The translations under genes and the position numbers were made by a program. A model generated the notes under the pieces. The model was given only the letters and a program-made list of their open reading frames with translations. It searched no databases and was not told the DNA's origin. This document shows, one piece after another, positions 49,483 through 63,552 of a stretch of 64,000 nucleotides of DNA (the first letter of the stretch is position 1; each line of letters starts with the position of its first letter). The stretch spans positions 30,258,001 to 30,322,000 of the forward strand of contig NC_087245.1 in assembly GCF_037042905.1 (NCBI RefSeq), read 5' to 3'. The DNA comes from Lytechinus pictus. Its lineage: Eukaryota.

Positions 49483-49617
49483 CAAGTATTTCCGGTGTAT
49501 CAGAGTCGTGTCACTCACGGAGTCACAAGCCTACACGTGTTTTGTGACGGAAGTCATAAGTCACCTGCTGCCGTGTGAATGGATACATGAACTGCCTACT
49601 TTTTAATCTACTGTGAG

Positions 49618-49852
49618 CACTATAGCGTACCTACGGGAGGGGGGCAGTCTGCCCCCCTGACGAGTCACAACCCATGCAAGGGTCGTATCCCCACTGACGA
49701 GGTTGAAGACTAGACCTTTTTTCTTTTTCTTTTTTTTTTGCTTGTCAATTTTTTTTCTTGTACGAAATCCGATATTTTTTTTTTTTTTTGCTTTTCAAAT
49801 TTTTGGGCGGACGAATTTGCCCCTCCTGTGAATGATCCTAGGTACGCCACTG
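49618..49852. mobile_element. hAT-like MITE
   Basis: 8-bp TSD ACTGTGAG (49610-49617, 49853-49860). Right end TAGGTACGCCACTG. Confidence 0.8.
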
Positions 49853-50138
49853 ACTGTGAGTGTATATATAATGGGGTTAAAGCGGTGTCGCCGTCACGCT
49901 ACAGTACCAGGATAAATTTGAAAACTAGCGTGAAGACGGTAGGCCTATTAAATGGGATATTTATCTCCCATATATATGGCAAATCTTGTTATTGCAATAT
50001 GCAGCTCACGGACGGTTTTTTTTTTCTTCACACACGTCGTCTGCGATAAAATTTTGTTGGTGACAGAATTTATGTAAAATTTGAATCGGAGATATAAGTA
50101 CTTTTCAATTATCGTATTCATTCACTTATTACATCATT

Positions 50139-51247
50139 CAGTGGCGTAACTACGGGGGGGCATGGGGGCACGTGCCCCCCCCCCCCCCATCGGCTGGCAA
50201 AAAAAAAAAAAAAACGGGGGAAAAGGAGAAAAAGAGGGAAAAAGGAAGAGAAACTAGTGAGGAAAGGAGGAAAGAAAATATTATTGTTCATTATAGTGTA
50301 ATATATATGTTTCATAACTTTATGAAACATTATTTGCTTCATTGTGTCTTCATTGTTCCTGGTGCTCGCATACACTGTTTAACGAGATATATAATCCTGT
50401 TGTACTAATACCTCCCGTTTTCAAATCAAAATACAACAAATATATTTCCTCGCAATTCGAGTTATTATTGTTTTATGTAGTGACATATTCTTCTTTTTCA
50501 TGACTACTTAAAGTGATTGCCCTATTTTAAGGTCTTAATATAAAACATTTCCTGTCCGTGCTAACGTTCGCATTAGTGGATTGATGAGATTTGTGCTCTT
50601 CATGAACTCCTAAAATCAGTACTTAAAATGTCATTTTTTCGGATCTGAATATCAAAGTCATTTGGTTAGTGAAATACGTAGGTTCTTAGTGAATTCCTAC
50701 AAACAAGCCTTAGAATGCCCCTCTTCAGGTCTGAATTTCCTAATTTTTTAGCTCGCGCTTCGCGCTTGCAGTATTTCATTAGTGAGATGCGTGTGATAAT
50801 CATGATTACAATGACTACAAAAGGTGCTTCATGACTGTGTTTAGATGTAATTCTAACAAAATCAGCAAATGATGGCACTAGTACTCTTAATGGATTCTAA
50901 AATATAGTCCTTAAAATTTCCCTGTTTAGGGTCAATATATACAAAATTTTTAGCTTGCGCTTCGCGCTCGCATTGTTTGTTCAGCGAGACAGTTATTATC
51001 ATGATTACAAAAAAATTGCTTATAATGTCCCTTTTTAACTCTGAATATCAAAAATTTTCGGCTCGCGCTTCGCGCTCGCACTATTTAATCAGTGAAATAC
51101 ATATCCGTTTAATGGCACAGCATGTCCTTAACATATCTCTATTAGGTCAGTATACCTGACAACTGAGCGCGCTTCGCGCGCTCCCTAAGTGACTTGAAAT
51201 TTTTGCTGGTGCCCCCCCCCAATGCCGTGACCCACGGTACGCCACTG
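50139..51247. mobile_element. hAT-like non-autonomous element
   Basis: CAGTGGCGTA...TACGCCACTG with exact 8-bp TSD ACATCATT. Repeated GCTCGCGCTTCGCGCTCGCA motifs. Confidence 0.92.
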
Positions 51248-53553
51248 ACATCATTTGATATGGTAATAAAACCAATCACTTCGGAAAGTATGAGATTGAT
51301 AGTAAATGTCATATTTCCATCATTTTCTACGAGTTAAACTTGCATTCTGCCCGGGGATATCGTGGAGGCATCATCGAGATGCTGAGTGGTCGCTATCCCG
51401 GAGCTTCGGCGTTTTACACGGCAGTGTAGTACCTTGTGTTGGACTGTATGGGGTGGAACTCGGCTGAGCGGCGTTCCGAGTTTCAGCTGTCTTTCTTCTG
51501 ACTTTCGGACCGTAGTCTTTAATTACCGAATTAAGTCAGTGTGATATGTGAACAGTTGTGTAAGAGTGTGTCTTAATTTTTGTGGCTTGGGTTGGTATGG
51601 GTGACAAAAATACAGTCTTGAGTCTTGAGAAGCATTGCATTGGAATGGGTGTCGGCTGTCATCAGTCGTCTGTCGTCTGTCGATGGGTGTTCACGCTCAT
51701 GTTTGACCTTGCCTTGGCTTGGGCATGTTTTTTTTTTCTTGGGGGGGGGGATGACAAAACCAATATTGTTCTCTCTAACTGTGAGGGGGGTGGCTTGCGA
51801 GTCTCAAAAGTTTTTTTTTTAAAGCTGTGCCTGTGAGTGAGCCAAAATTTTTGGCCTTTTTTAGAGGATTTAATTTAGTTCTAGACTCTATACAAAATCT
51901 GATTTGTGTTAGATTTTGACCAACCCAGGCAACTGCGGCCATCCGTGTAATAGTTGGCAGACAAATGGGGTAGAATTGTGGTCGCCATAGCTGCACCCAA
52001 TTTAAAGGGAAAAAATGAATTATGCACTTAACCCGATTATATGGATGAAGATTGTTAAATGTTATGGTGCACATTTATATAATTGACACACACTGTGAAT
52101 GTACATGTGCATGCACGTATTAATCCGCACCGATACGGACATGATTGAATAAAAATCAAAGAACAATAAAAAAAAATATTGCTCCAACTATCCATGTTTG
52201 ATAACAAAGACCTATATGTTAAGAAATAATTGGTCAACATAATCTGTAGGGGGTATTTTACAGACCGATTGATCAACCAATGAAAAGAGTTGTATTCTGA
52301 CATTTAAATCCATGTACATCTTTGACCGTTGTCAAATAAAAACTTTGCTCTGAGCATAACATCCTCAAAGTGGTCTAAAATTCTATTAGATGAAGGTACA
52401 TGTACTCTTCTGTGCGAGTTCATTTACGCTTTGACTGCTATATCTACCAGTTTTATAATCAATATACTGGTGTTCTGAAGTTGATGTGTTTATAATCAAA
52501 TGTTTTTATGTTTTTTCTCCTTAAAACATAATAGACGGAGACCAGCTGCGTGGCAGCAGGAGCAAATGTTTGTTGTGATGAGGCGTATACCACCATCACC
52601 ACTGCTGCAATTGCAGTCACCACCACCACTGATGGTCCACCACTTCTGCCACCACCATCAGTTCTGCGAATGCCACCACCACCACCAAGTCTGCTTCTGC
52701 CATCGCCATTGCCACCGCCACTACTAAGATCATTCCTGACACAAAGCCTCCAAGTCCTCAACTAACCAGCTATTGCAGCTGGAGAAGGATAGACCCGCAA
52801 CTTCAAAGCCAGGGCTTGCTGGTCTCCTACAATAAGAAAATTGCCTGGGGCCAATCTGATGAACGTGTACTTGTAGCACAATATTTGGCCACAGTTCAAT
52901 TCAATTCTTTTATTTTTTCATTTCCATTCAAAACATAATACAAAGTAATATAAAGTAATACAAATCAAGTACAATTTTACAGAAGGGCATTCTTACTTCG
53001 TAAAAAAACCCCAGAAAAAACAGTATAATATATAGCATAGATGGAAATTAGGGGGATCCACTAAAAAGCAAAGCTTGTAAATTGTGGATCCCCCTTGGAA
53101 AGGAAGACAGTATAGTAGACTTATTCTCATATGCGTACATATATGTATTACAGGAAAGAAAAGGAGAACAAAAGAAATCATACGGATGCAAATACAATTA
53201 CTGAACAAATGCAAAGCTTTTCACACAAAGAGGTCTTCGTAGTAAAGGATGTGTTGCACAAGACAGAAGAAAGAAAAAAAAAACAGAAAGAGAGAGGGGA
53301 TGACAAGACATAGAAGACAAGGCAAAACAAAAGACAGGACAGTACAAGACACGATAACTACTTTATAAAAGGAGGAAAACTAAGAATGGGGAAAGGGCTG
53401 ACCACGAACCAGCTTGATCTGGTGAAATAACAAAAGATGATATAACTGGACATTATCAGATGAAAAAAGATAAAACAATCAAAGTGAAAAATGTAATGAA
53501 TAAAATCAAGATAATGAAGTGTTAGTTCCGTTGCGAAGAATTATAGGAATTAA

Positions 53554-53931
53554 AGGTATTGTTTAACTTTGTGAGCGACCGATTTAAAAAATTCTTAAAC
53601 CAAGATGAAACATGTGTACAAGTGCATGTATTAGAACTAATAAACCCTGAAAACAACCATTATTGAGAAAAAAAAGCTAAAACTACAAGGCAAACCCCGA
53701 TTTTGTAAATAGGCGTCTACTAGACGCCTAAATAGTACACATAAGTGTATGGGATGAAATTAAGGTGGTGTTTCCGGTCACTTTATATTTCAATTTTTGA
53801 AGCACTAAATAATTATTTTCGAACGCAATTTTTTCTGGGCTTCATTTTTGTAACATATCACAGACACTGGTGACATGTGTGACCTTCTAGCTCAGATTTT
53901 TTAAAAGTCAAACCAATGTTAAACAATCACT
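53554..53931. mobile_element. TTAA-specific MITE (Kolobok-like)
   Basis: TTAA|AGGTATTGTTTAAC...GTTAAACAATCACT|TTAA. A related fragment lies at about 37878-38040. Confidence 0.8.
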
Positions 53932-54317
53932 TTAAGCAGGATACGTTTGAGTTTACGTTTGAATGAATTTAAGGAGACACTGTCTTTAATATTATTAGCT
54001 AGTGAGTTCCAGAATTTAGGACCGTTGAATAGGAATGTATTTTTGGCCAGTAAAGTTCTGTAAAGTGGAATGTGAAGTTCGTCAGAGTGCCTCGTGGGGT
54101 AGTTATGATAAAATTGATTTTTAGGGAACATGGCATCAAAAATATGGGGAAGTGCATTATTATTATAACTATACATGAAGTGCCCGAACTGTAGTAAATA
54201 CAGGTCTTTGACTTTCAACAGTTTACTTTCTAGAAAAAGTGGGTCCATATGAGAACGGAAACATGTACTATAAATAATACGAAGTGCTTTCTTTTGCAAA
54301 AGCAACAATTCATCTAA

Positions 54318-57300
54318 GATTCAGATTTCAGATATTTTTTTATTGTCCAATTGCAATCAAGTACAAATGGAAATTCAATTTGTTCGCACAAAATGATATA
54401 GAATATTACATGATACACACAGAAGATTACACGATACATATATTAGACATTATACAAATCAACAAGCAAAGATAAGAGAAAGTAAGATAAAGGCAGTGGG
54501 GTAACATAATTTCAAGTATGGCTATTAAATGCACGAATTGAAACTGGAACAAATGAATTTACGAAGCGTGAGGTTCTGCCGGGAAGGGATCTCAGACGTT
54601 TGCCTGACCTCATCAAATTATAATATTTATGAAGGGCATGGTTCTCATTGGTCGGGATCTCTTTGGCTTTTTCAAGGACTCTACCTTCATTCTCGTCTAC
54701 AAAGCACCCTTTTTCTTTTGTTATTTTAGAGGCTTGCTTTTCAACTCTTTCTAGTTTCTGTATGTCCTCTTTCCTACTTGCATGTATCCAAACAATTGAA
54801 TTAAAAAGAAGTGCACTTTCCACCATTGCTTTATAAAAGACCTGCAATATCCTCTCTTGAACATGCGCGGTCCTAAGCTTTCGAAGGAAAAACATTCTAC
54901 TTCGAGCTTTTGAAAGTGTGATCTTGGCTTGGGGTATCCAATTAAGTTTATTGTCAATGGTTGTCCCTAGATACTTAAAACTTAAAACAATACAATTAAA
55001 TCTGGTTGTGGGGAGCAATTCTGAAATCAAAGATAAGTTCTTTACACTTAGATGGGTTTATGAAGAGGTGGTTGTTTTTACACCACCTTGAGAAGCGTTC
55101 AATACTTCTGTGATAACTATCATCATCAGTTTCACTTTTCATCAGGCCTAGAATTACTGTGTCATCAGCGTATTTTAGTGTTTTTACATTTCCGTCATTT
55201 GGGTTACAATCATTAGTATACAAGATATACATGAGTGCTGATAGGACGCATCCTTGGGGGCACCTGTATTTACTATAATCTCATCAGACATAGTATTCTG
55301 AACTCGAACACGTTGGGTTCTAAATGTTCAAAATTCTACTAGCCAAAGTACAATCTTAGGATGAAGGTTAAATTCATTCAGTTTATCACCAAGAATGTGT
55401 GTCTGTATCGTATTGAAAGCCGAGGAAAAATCTACGAAAAGGGCCCTAGAATAACACCTCAGTTTGTCTGTATGTTGAGCTATTTCATGTACTAATGTCA
55501 GCACAGCGTCCGTAACTGATTTCTTCGGTTGGTAGGCAAACTGATGTAAATCTATAACAGGGGAAACTACTTGGAGGATGAGTTTCATTATGATCCTCTC
55601 AAAGCATTTCATCACTATCGATGTCAGGGCAACAGGTCGGTAGTCATTTAATTCAGACGCTTTGTTTGTTTTGGGGACTGGTATAACTGTTGCTTTCTTC
55701 CAACAACTAGGTAAGTCACCTTGTAGAAGCGAGTGTTCAAAGAGGTTCGCGTGGGGGATGGCTAATTGGTGAGCACAATATTTAATAATCTTTCCCGGGA
55801 TATGATCTGGCCCCATTGCCTTGCGGGGATTAACACGGCGAAAAACGTTAATGACCTGTTGAATGCTTATTTCATGAATGTGCGGTAAGGCAGGACTGTT
55901 ACTGACAACTCTAAGTTCGTCGCATTTTTCAGCAATCTCTTTTGTAAAGTCGGCAGTATCAAAGCGTGCGTAGAAGTTATTAAACTCATTCGCGGTACCG
56001 GTAGCAGATACAATAGTCGGCATTTCTTTGCGTTGCTTTTTCGTTCCTGCTCAGGCGCGTAGCCAGGGGGGGCGGTGGGGGCGGTCGCCCCCCCCCCCAA
56101 AACGTCCCCAAAAAGAAAAAAAAGGGGGGAAAAGAGAGGAGAAAAGGAAAAGCGAAGAGAGGAAAGGGAAGAAAGGTAGCTTTGTGGGTTTTTCTTTTTA
56201 TTCTTTTTTTTTCTCAAAAAAGAAACTCCGTAACTCTTGCTCTAAATTTATATATATGAATTTTGCTTCCGCGCTGCGCGCGGTTAAATAAAAATATTGC
56301 AGTTCTCTTTTGTTTCCCTCACCCTTTCTCTAACCCTGTTTTTCCACCTCAGCTATATGTGTTTCTTGCCCGTTAAAGTTCAAACGTATACATTAGGGCA
56401 TGGAATTAGAGTAAGGTTAGCCCGAAGTATATGAATTTATCTTTTTTTTTTTAATTGATCGCGCAACTTCTGGTCGGGTCGGCTCCTGGCGGGTAAAATC
56501 TTTATCTCAATTTCTGCCGTCACCTTCATATAGGCAACTTCTCCCGCTTTTCAGCTCATTACTAAACAACCATAATTTGGGGGCAAACAGGTTTCTAATT
56601 TAAAAAGAGGAAGGTATAAAATTCGTGTCGTATTAAATAAAAAAAGTGCAATATTTTTTTATCAAATTCTATTCAACTTCATATCATTTCCCTGCACATT
56701 CATCTCCTGTCCTGTTTTGCGCCCTTTCAATAATCACAGAAGTTTCAACTTTTTGCGCACTATTTTCCTTGTAATGAAGTTCAATAATCTTAGAAAATTA
56801 ACTGAATTAGAGATATCTGCATTTGATGAAACGTCCGCCCGTTTGAAATTTCAGAGTTTCATTGCTCTGAGCGGGGAGGAATATCTTCCTCCCGGCATAT
56901 ATCCTTCTTCTCCTTTGTTTTGCGAGTTAAGATATGCACTGTCGCTAATTTTTTTGTAATCAAATCTGATCTTTCCAAGGGAAGTACTAGCAATATAACT
57001 TTAAAAATAACCTTTTCTCGGGACCATTTTCTTTGCAAAAAAAATTAAAAACGCTTAAGCTTCCGCGCTTCGCGCGGGGTTAATATTATTTTAATTTCCT
57101 CCATTTTATCCCTTTTTTGTTCGTTTTAAAATCACTTTTGAAAACAAGGTTCAAAATCACAATATAGTCAAATGAATTGGAGCTGATATAGGTACTAGAG
57201 ACAAGGGAGGCGGCTCCTTTTTATTTCAATTTATGAAACACCGAAAGCTTCGCGCTTCGCGCAGGAGGGGGAAACTCCCCCTCCCTGCACCCACCCCCTA

Positions 57301-58179
57301 GGGATCGCGCTTCGCGCGCTCTGTAAGTGTTGGCACGCTTCGCGTGCATTTACCGCCCCCTCCAAAATGAAATCCTGGCTACGCGGTTGTTCCTGCTAAG
57401 ATATGCATGCAATTCCACGCTGCTCTGGAGTCATTAGACCGAAAGTAGTTCTCAAGTTTTTTTTATATTTTCTTTTGGCACATGCGATTTCTTTTGTAAC
57501 TGCCCTAGATATTTCTTTTTCTTTACTAATGTCCCGCTGCTGAAACGCAAGATTCCTTTCACGAAAGAGAGTTCTAAGTTATTTCCTCACCCATGGTTTT
57601 TGATTTGGGTAAATCTTAATTTCTCGACATCTCACATGTTTTTCTTTACAGAAATTAATGTAAGAGTTGATTATGTCCGTAGCCTCTTCCAAATTATCTG
57701 CGCTGTCTAACAAGACATCCCAGTTAGTTATATCAAAACATGTTTGCAACGTTTCGATTGTTTCAGTGTCCCAAATCTTTACGCATTTTTATTTAACTTT
57801 CTCCGATTTCAGTTTAGAACGATATTTGGACATGATATGAACGGTTGAGTGATCCGAGTTCCCGATAGGCGATCGAACAATTGATTTGTATGATTGCTTA
57901 ATAGAGCAATAGCACTTATCCAGAATTCGGTCCCCGCGAGTCGGAATTCGGACGCACTGTTCATAGTTCGGCAAGACGTCATGAAGTGAACAACGGTTAA
58001 AGTCCCCTAGTATTATTTTCGGCGAGTCCGGTGACGCGGATTTCATGGTTTGAACTACGTCTGCAAGTTCACGCGCTGCTGCGGGTGCGTTTCCATCAGG
58101 CGGAATGTAGACCAAGAAAATTTCCACACGATTAAATTCCCGAGGAAGATAAAATGGTCTACATGAAATGCAATCAATA
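54318..58179 (-). mobile_element. 5'-truncated Rex1/Babar-clade LINE (inner), frameshifted APE-RT ORF
   Basis: CRPFYLPREF, ILGDFN, PTRGDRILDKCY, SDH, KAMGPD, LNDYRPVALTSIVMKCFER, FVDFSSAFNTI, KYADD. (TCTGAA)n-like tail. Flanked by CTAA (54314-54317, 58180-58183). Confidence 0.9.
56052..57389. mobile_element. hAT-like non-autonomous element inside the Rex1 ORF
   Basis: CAGGCGCGTAGCCAGG / CCTGGCTACGCGGTTG. Exact 8-bp TSD TTCCTGCT (56044-56051, 57390-57397). Confidence 0.92.
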
Positions 58180-60087
58180 CTAATAAGTATTGATGGGTAT
58201 AACCATAAAAATAAGAATCCCGTAGTTTAAATAAGGCAAGATTAAGGATGAGTAGAGCATGATCAGTGATGTGGAGGGAATGCAAAATTTTAGCCTATTA
58301 ATAACACCTATATTTCGTGAAATAATTTTGGATATATTTTCAATATGATTTTTCCAAGAAAGTTTACTGTCAACTGTTATACCAAGAAATTTGGTGTAAG
58401 GTACCTTTTGTAATGGGGTATTATCAAACATAATGTTCATCGGTAACTTGTCTATGGAATTACTAAATAACATGTATTTTGTTTTGTTAAGGTTCATAGA
58501 TAATCGATTGGCTCTTATCCATTTAGTAACATTAATAAGTTCGGAATTGATAACATCAACTAAAGTTTGTGGATTCTGATGAGAAAAAAATAAGGTCGAA
58601 TCATCTGCAAACAAGATAAGGGACAATATTTTGGATGATCTACAGAAATCATTTATATAAATTGAGAAAAGAAGTGGGCCTAATAAGCTACCCTGGGGGA
58701 CTCCACAGTTAACATATTTCAAATTGGAGTTATGATCTTTAACAAACACGTATTGTTGTCTGTTTAATAAGTAGCTCCTGAACCACTACAAGGCCTTCCC
58801 TCGCACACCATAGTGAGACATTTTTTTAAAGTAGGATTTCATGATTGATGGTATCGAAGGCCTTGGAGTAGTCCAGGAAAATACCCACAAGGTGACTAGA
58901 TTTATCTAGAGCATTGACTACTTTGTTGACAAAATTCATCAGGGCATGAGTGGTGTTGTGCTTTTCGCGAAACCCAAATTGAACATCAGATAAGATATTA
59001 TGCATTGACCAAAATTTTTCGGTTCTTACGTATACTATTCTTTCAAGGATCTTAGAAAATGTGGACAAAAGAGAGATAGGTCGGTAATTACCGACATCCA
59101 ACTTATCACCTTTTTTAAATAAAGGGATTACCTTGGCTATCTTCATTTGATTTGGAACTGTACCATTTTCTAAGGAAAGGTTGAATATGTGCACCAGTGG
59201 GGAAACAATAGAATTTATTACGGATTTCAAAATAAAATTATTAATTTCATCAAAGCCAGGGCTTTTTTATTTTTTAAACCAGATACGATATCAATAACTT
59301 CTTGATTATATGTTGGAGCAAAAAATATTGAACTTGGGTTAGGCGGGCCGAGATAGTCCGAAAAACTTTTCGTCGCGGGAGGAATATCTTTAGCCAGATT
59401 TGCGACAATGGAAGAGAAATGGTTATTAAAAATATTTGAAAGGTTGTCACCATATCATCAACAATAACATTATTAAATGTAATTTTGGAGATACTTGATT
59501 TATTATTGGATAAATTCATGGTCTGTTTTAGAACTTTGAACAGTTGTAGAAATACAGAGACTAACATGCAGCCACAGGTAAACATCAATGTCATATATAT
59601 AATGATTAAAAAATGATGGATAGTCTTTAAAATATGGGTTGCAGAATGAATATCAGTAAAACCCATCATGATGTGAAGTCTGAATAAACCCTAAAAGAGC
59701 GGTGGGCGCAGCATTTTTTCGCGATAAATCCACAATGTGAAACGTGGTGCCGCGTCATGACTTTTTTTTCAAGTTTCATGAGTTTTCAGACAAATTTGTG
59801 ACACCGGGGTACCCGGTTGTGAAATTATGCAACGTTATGTAAGTACATGTCAGAATTGCTTTAAAATGTGATTTCATGAACAAATCCAATGCAAATTCTA
59901 TTTCTAGCCAAAATTCATAATTGTATCATACCGGTTAATATTTATTTTTACTGATTGAAATCAATAAATTTCATGTTGCTTATGATCGGAAAATTTTGTC
60001 AACAATATAAAAAAAAGTATTAAAAAAAACCAAAATCTACAGATGAAAGGGATTTGATATTTACACTCTCCGAGCTCCGATGTATAA

Positions 60088-60156
<69 letters not shown>

Positions 60157-60570
60157 GCAATGGAGATACACACCTGAAAGTCGACCCTCAGTCAACCGAC
60201 TTGAAGCCATTGACTCAAGGTCATGTTCAGAACTTAGAAATTTTTTTGAGCTCGGAGAGTGTACTGCGGGCGGCAACGGAGTGCTATATCACGATTGCAG
60301 TTTCTTTCAGTTGATTTTTTTAACATGTTGTCTGTTTTCTTGATAACTGTTCAACTGGTTTGAGTTATTGCTTGTTTATTCATCTCTATTTGCGTTTCCT
60401 GTATTAATTATAATTCCTTAATAACAAAATAATGAGTCTAGATTTGTCATTGTAATGTTTCACGCAGAGCGATTAATGTGGGGTTGTGGTCGCTTATTAG
60501 AACAGCCACTAAACGTACGTGCATAGACCTACTGCGTACTCTGCGGAGCGAGAGCCGATTTTGAGTAATT

Positions 60571-62694
60571 AGGTGATTCCATACGTGTCGAACGGGACAT
60601 TTAGAGAACATTTGACAGTTTTTTGACAAGAAAAACAAAAAATATTCCAGTCACTAAAGGTGATCATCAAGTACTACCAGAGTGTTAGAAAAACCAAGAC
60701 TTAACATGACTTAAATTCACATCCTGTATAATACAAATTTAAAATAGTAATGTGTCGTACGTACGGACGCAGAAAAAGTGGCTTTTCTAGAAACCTCAAG
60801 TTTGTACTCTAAAGTCTGTGAGTTGGACAGATAATTTTCATAGAAACTGAACTCAAATTGATATTCAATTACCCAAGAACAAACACATCTATGAAAGAAA
60901 GCAAAATAAACATTCAAGAATACATAAAGCAATTGCAATTTTCGAGAACATTGTGGCGTACGGGACATCTCTAAATTGAAGCCAAACTTTCTTACTTTAT
61001 GTCTCTTTGACTTCTTCAATCACTTTATTTGGCTGATGATAATGACAATCCTATCAAACTAAAGGCATTCATTATGTTAGAAACCGCTATTGGCTGAATA
61101 TTTATGTCAATTATCATAAACAAAGTAATGTGTCGTACGGGACACTTTCGTGTCGTACAGGACACTTTCGTGTCGTACGGGACACTTGTGTGTCGTACGG
61201 GACACTTGTGTGTCGTACGGGACACTTGTGTGTTGTACAGACACTTGCGGGTTGTACTCGGCAGCCTGAATAAAACAATGAACTTTTTATCAATCAGAAG
61301 GGGAGCATTGCCCCTAAATTCTTCCTTTTTCATGAAACGTCTTTTAATAAGTAGTCATTCAGGACAATATAATTAAGTAACCTCAATATATACAACTGAG
61401 CAATATGTTATCATTTTTTCATGATGGGAAATGGACAAGAGTTCACAGCATTTTTACGAGCTGAAAAACTTGAGGTTTTATGTGAAGTTATATTTAGTGA
61501 ATTAATTGATGATTTCCAATACACTAGCTATTTAAACAATGAATGAATGAAACTGTTTGTGTAAATTATGGGGCTAAAATGTTATAATTTTTCATATAAA
61601 ATGTATATATACATGATATATATCACAACTGTCACTTGTAATTCCACAAAATATTTGTTTTCTAAAGAAATGCGGTTCTACTTTTCAAACCTTTCTGCAT
61701 TTCATGAAACCATATGGTTTGTCTTATTTTCCAGATTTTTTTTACAATTTGAAAAAAGTAAGGAGTTTCAATACTGTATATAAAAAAGTAAGTTTTTTTT
61801 TACATCTTATAATAATTCCATATTAGCATGCAAGAGGAAGTCATCTTCCAGGCTAGGGTGAATCAGTTATATAGGTTTTCTTTTCATGCTCAATGACAAA
61901 GAAATTAATCTGCTCTGACCAGTGAAAATCACCAGTTTAGCTGGAGGGATTCACAAAAGCATACGCCTACTTGAAATCAATTAAAATGGTTAGAATCACC
62001 TATTTCATGTTCTATGGAGATAAAAAAAAAGTACTTTTTCAGTTCACTTTATGTCAAATCAATTACTTGAATTAAGATAAGTCTACTATTCATAGTTTCT
62101 GAATCCAAATCCTGTAATTAAATGAATTATATATTGTGTGTCGTACGGGACAACTATTAATAGGACAATTATTGAAAAATGAAGGGCAGTAATTAGATCC
62201 TTATGGGATAAATCGATCACCCATGGGTCAAAGATAGAGAAACTGATTTTGTGAAATTGCATCATCAAAAATAAAATTGTAGGAAAAACTTTTGCACTTT
62301 CATGTGTCGTACGGGACATTGCCAAAAATAGATTCGCAAAAATCAGAGCTGCCCCTATTATGGATCATGAAAATGTTGTAGATATTATTTGGAACATTCA
62401 GTGATACATTATTCCATTGACCTGCAATATTTTCAATCTTCTCGTGCTTTGCCAATAATTGTTTCAGGCAGTGTTTGTACTTGACTATTTAATTAGCAAA
62501 ATTATTGAAAATTGAAAATTCAATTGTTCCCCCCCCCCCCAAAAAAAAAAAAAACTATATCTGACTTCACTTTTGGTTAAAACTCATTATTTTCATAAAA
62601 TTTAGGTATCATAGTAAAATATTACACCACTTATGACTTATTGAAAGCATGATGAAATTTATGATATTTTTGAAGTTCTAGTGTGGAATCGCCC
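60571..62694. mobile_element. Sola-like non-autonomous DNA transposon
   Basis: AATT|AGGTGATTCCATAC...GTGTGGAATCGCCC|AATT. The empty site GAGTAATTGTGTAG is present in copy 1 (about 42345-42358). Repeated TGTCGTACGGGACA motifs. Confidence 0.8.
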
Positions 62695-63144
62695 AATTGT
62701 GTAGTCTTTGAGCAGGAATAAATAAATAAGTAAAATAATAATTATAACAATGCTCTAAAATTGTTTGGTTTTGTTTTTGTTGTTCAAACTGTGGTGTTAT
62801 ATTATGGTTCGACGCTTATTTTCCAAGATTCGTCAATTTAACATCCAATAAGGTGTACTGACAGTGGCGTAGGCCTACTTCTGGTAGGGTTTGTGTCTTT
62901 GTGGGGCGCGCTGCTGTTCCCCCATCCCCCCCCCCCCGCCCATCCCCCATATTTTCTTCAAAATGTTTGTGTGTGTATATGTGTGTGTGTATGTGTGTGT
63001 GTGTGTGCCAACCACTGGGCGTACTCCCCCTGTTCGGCGGCCCAAAAAAAAAAAAAAATTAACTCAATCGTATAAAGTATAGATATCAAAGTAGACAATC
63101 AATAGACAAAATAAATATCAAAATAGACAAATTCGAATTAGACG

Positions 63145-63552
63145 ATGAAGGTCCTTATACTTTTTCGTAAAGGGTGTATATTTGTCTCCCAAATGTTATT
63201 AGGTAATCTTTATTATCCAACAAGAGATAGAATACGGAAGCAAATAGAATTCTTGGGGAAAAAATCACATCTTTACTCTTGTAATTATTCTGTAATTTTA
63301 GGAAGGGATTTCAATATAATTTTAAATGAGTCTTTTGGTTACATGGGACCTAAAACTCACTCACAGACTAGGTTTTCAAGTAGCTTGGACCTGTTTCTTA
63401 AGAAATGTGATTTGTCAGATATATGGAGGAAAAGAAACCCAAGCAGGAAACAATGCACTTTTAGGCAAAAGAGCCCACCAGTACAATCACACTTAGATTA
63501 TAGGTTTGAATCTCATCATCAAACAAAAACAAAATGGCATGAGGTAGTATGA
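63145..63552 (+). pseudogene. L1/Tx1-like AP-endonuclease fragment, open frame of 135 aa
   Basis: GNLYYP...ILGRDFNIILN...CDLSDIWRKRNPSRKQCTF...HLDYRF. Lacks both domain ends and RT. Confidence 0.7.

Larger units (their letters stand above)
52893..59520 (-). mobile_element. 5'-truncated L2/Crack-like LINE (outer), split by a Rex1 LINE and a MITE
   Basis: AKVIPLFKKGD..NYRPISLL, QFGFR, FLDYSKAFDTINH, GVPQGSLLGPLLF.IYIND, LFADD. THQYLL|DELLLLQKKALRII rejoins across 54318-58179. 3' UTR runs to a (GAATT)n tail near 52895. Confidence 0.88.

Noticed and set aside
60062..60077. Right TIR of another TA-flanked copy just left of the (TA)n run
   Set aside because: Only about 15 bp (ACACTCTCCGAGCTC) match an internal part of the TIR and the terminal TGCTGCA is absent. 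Too little to call.
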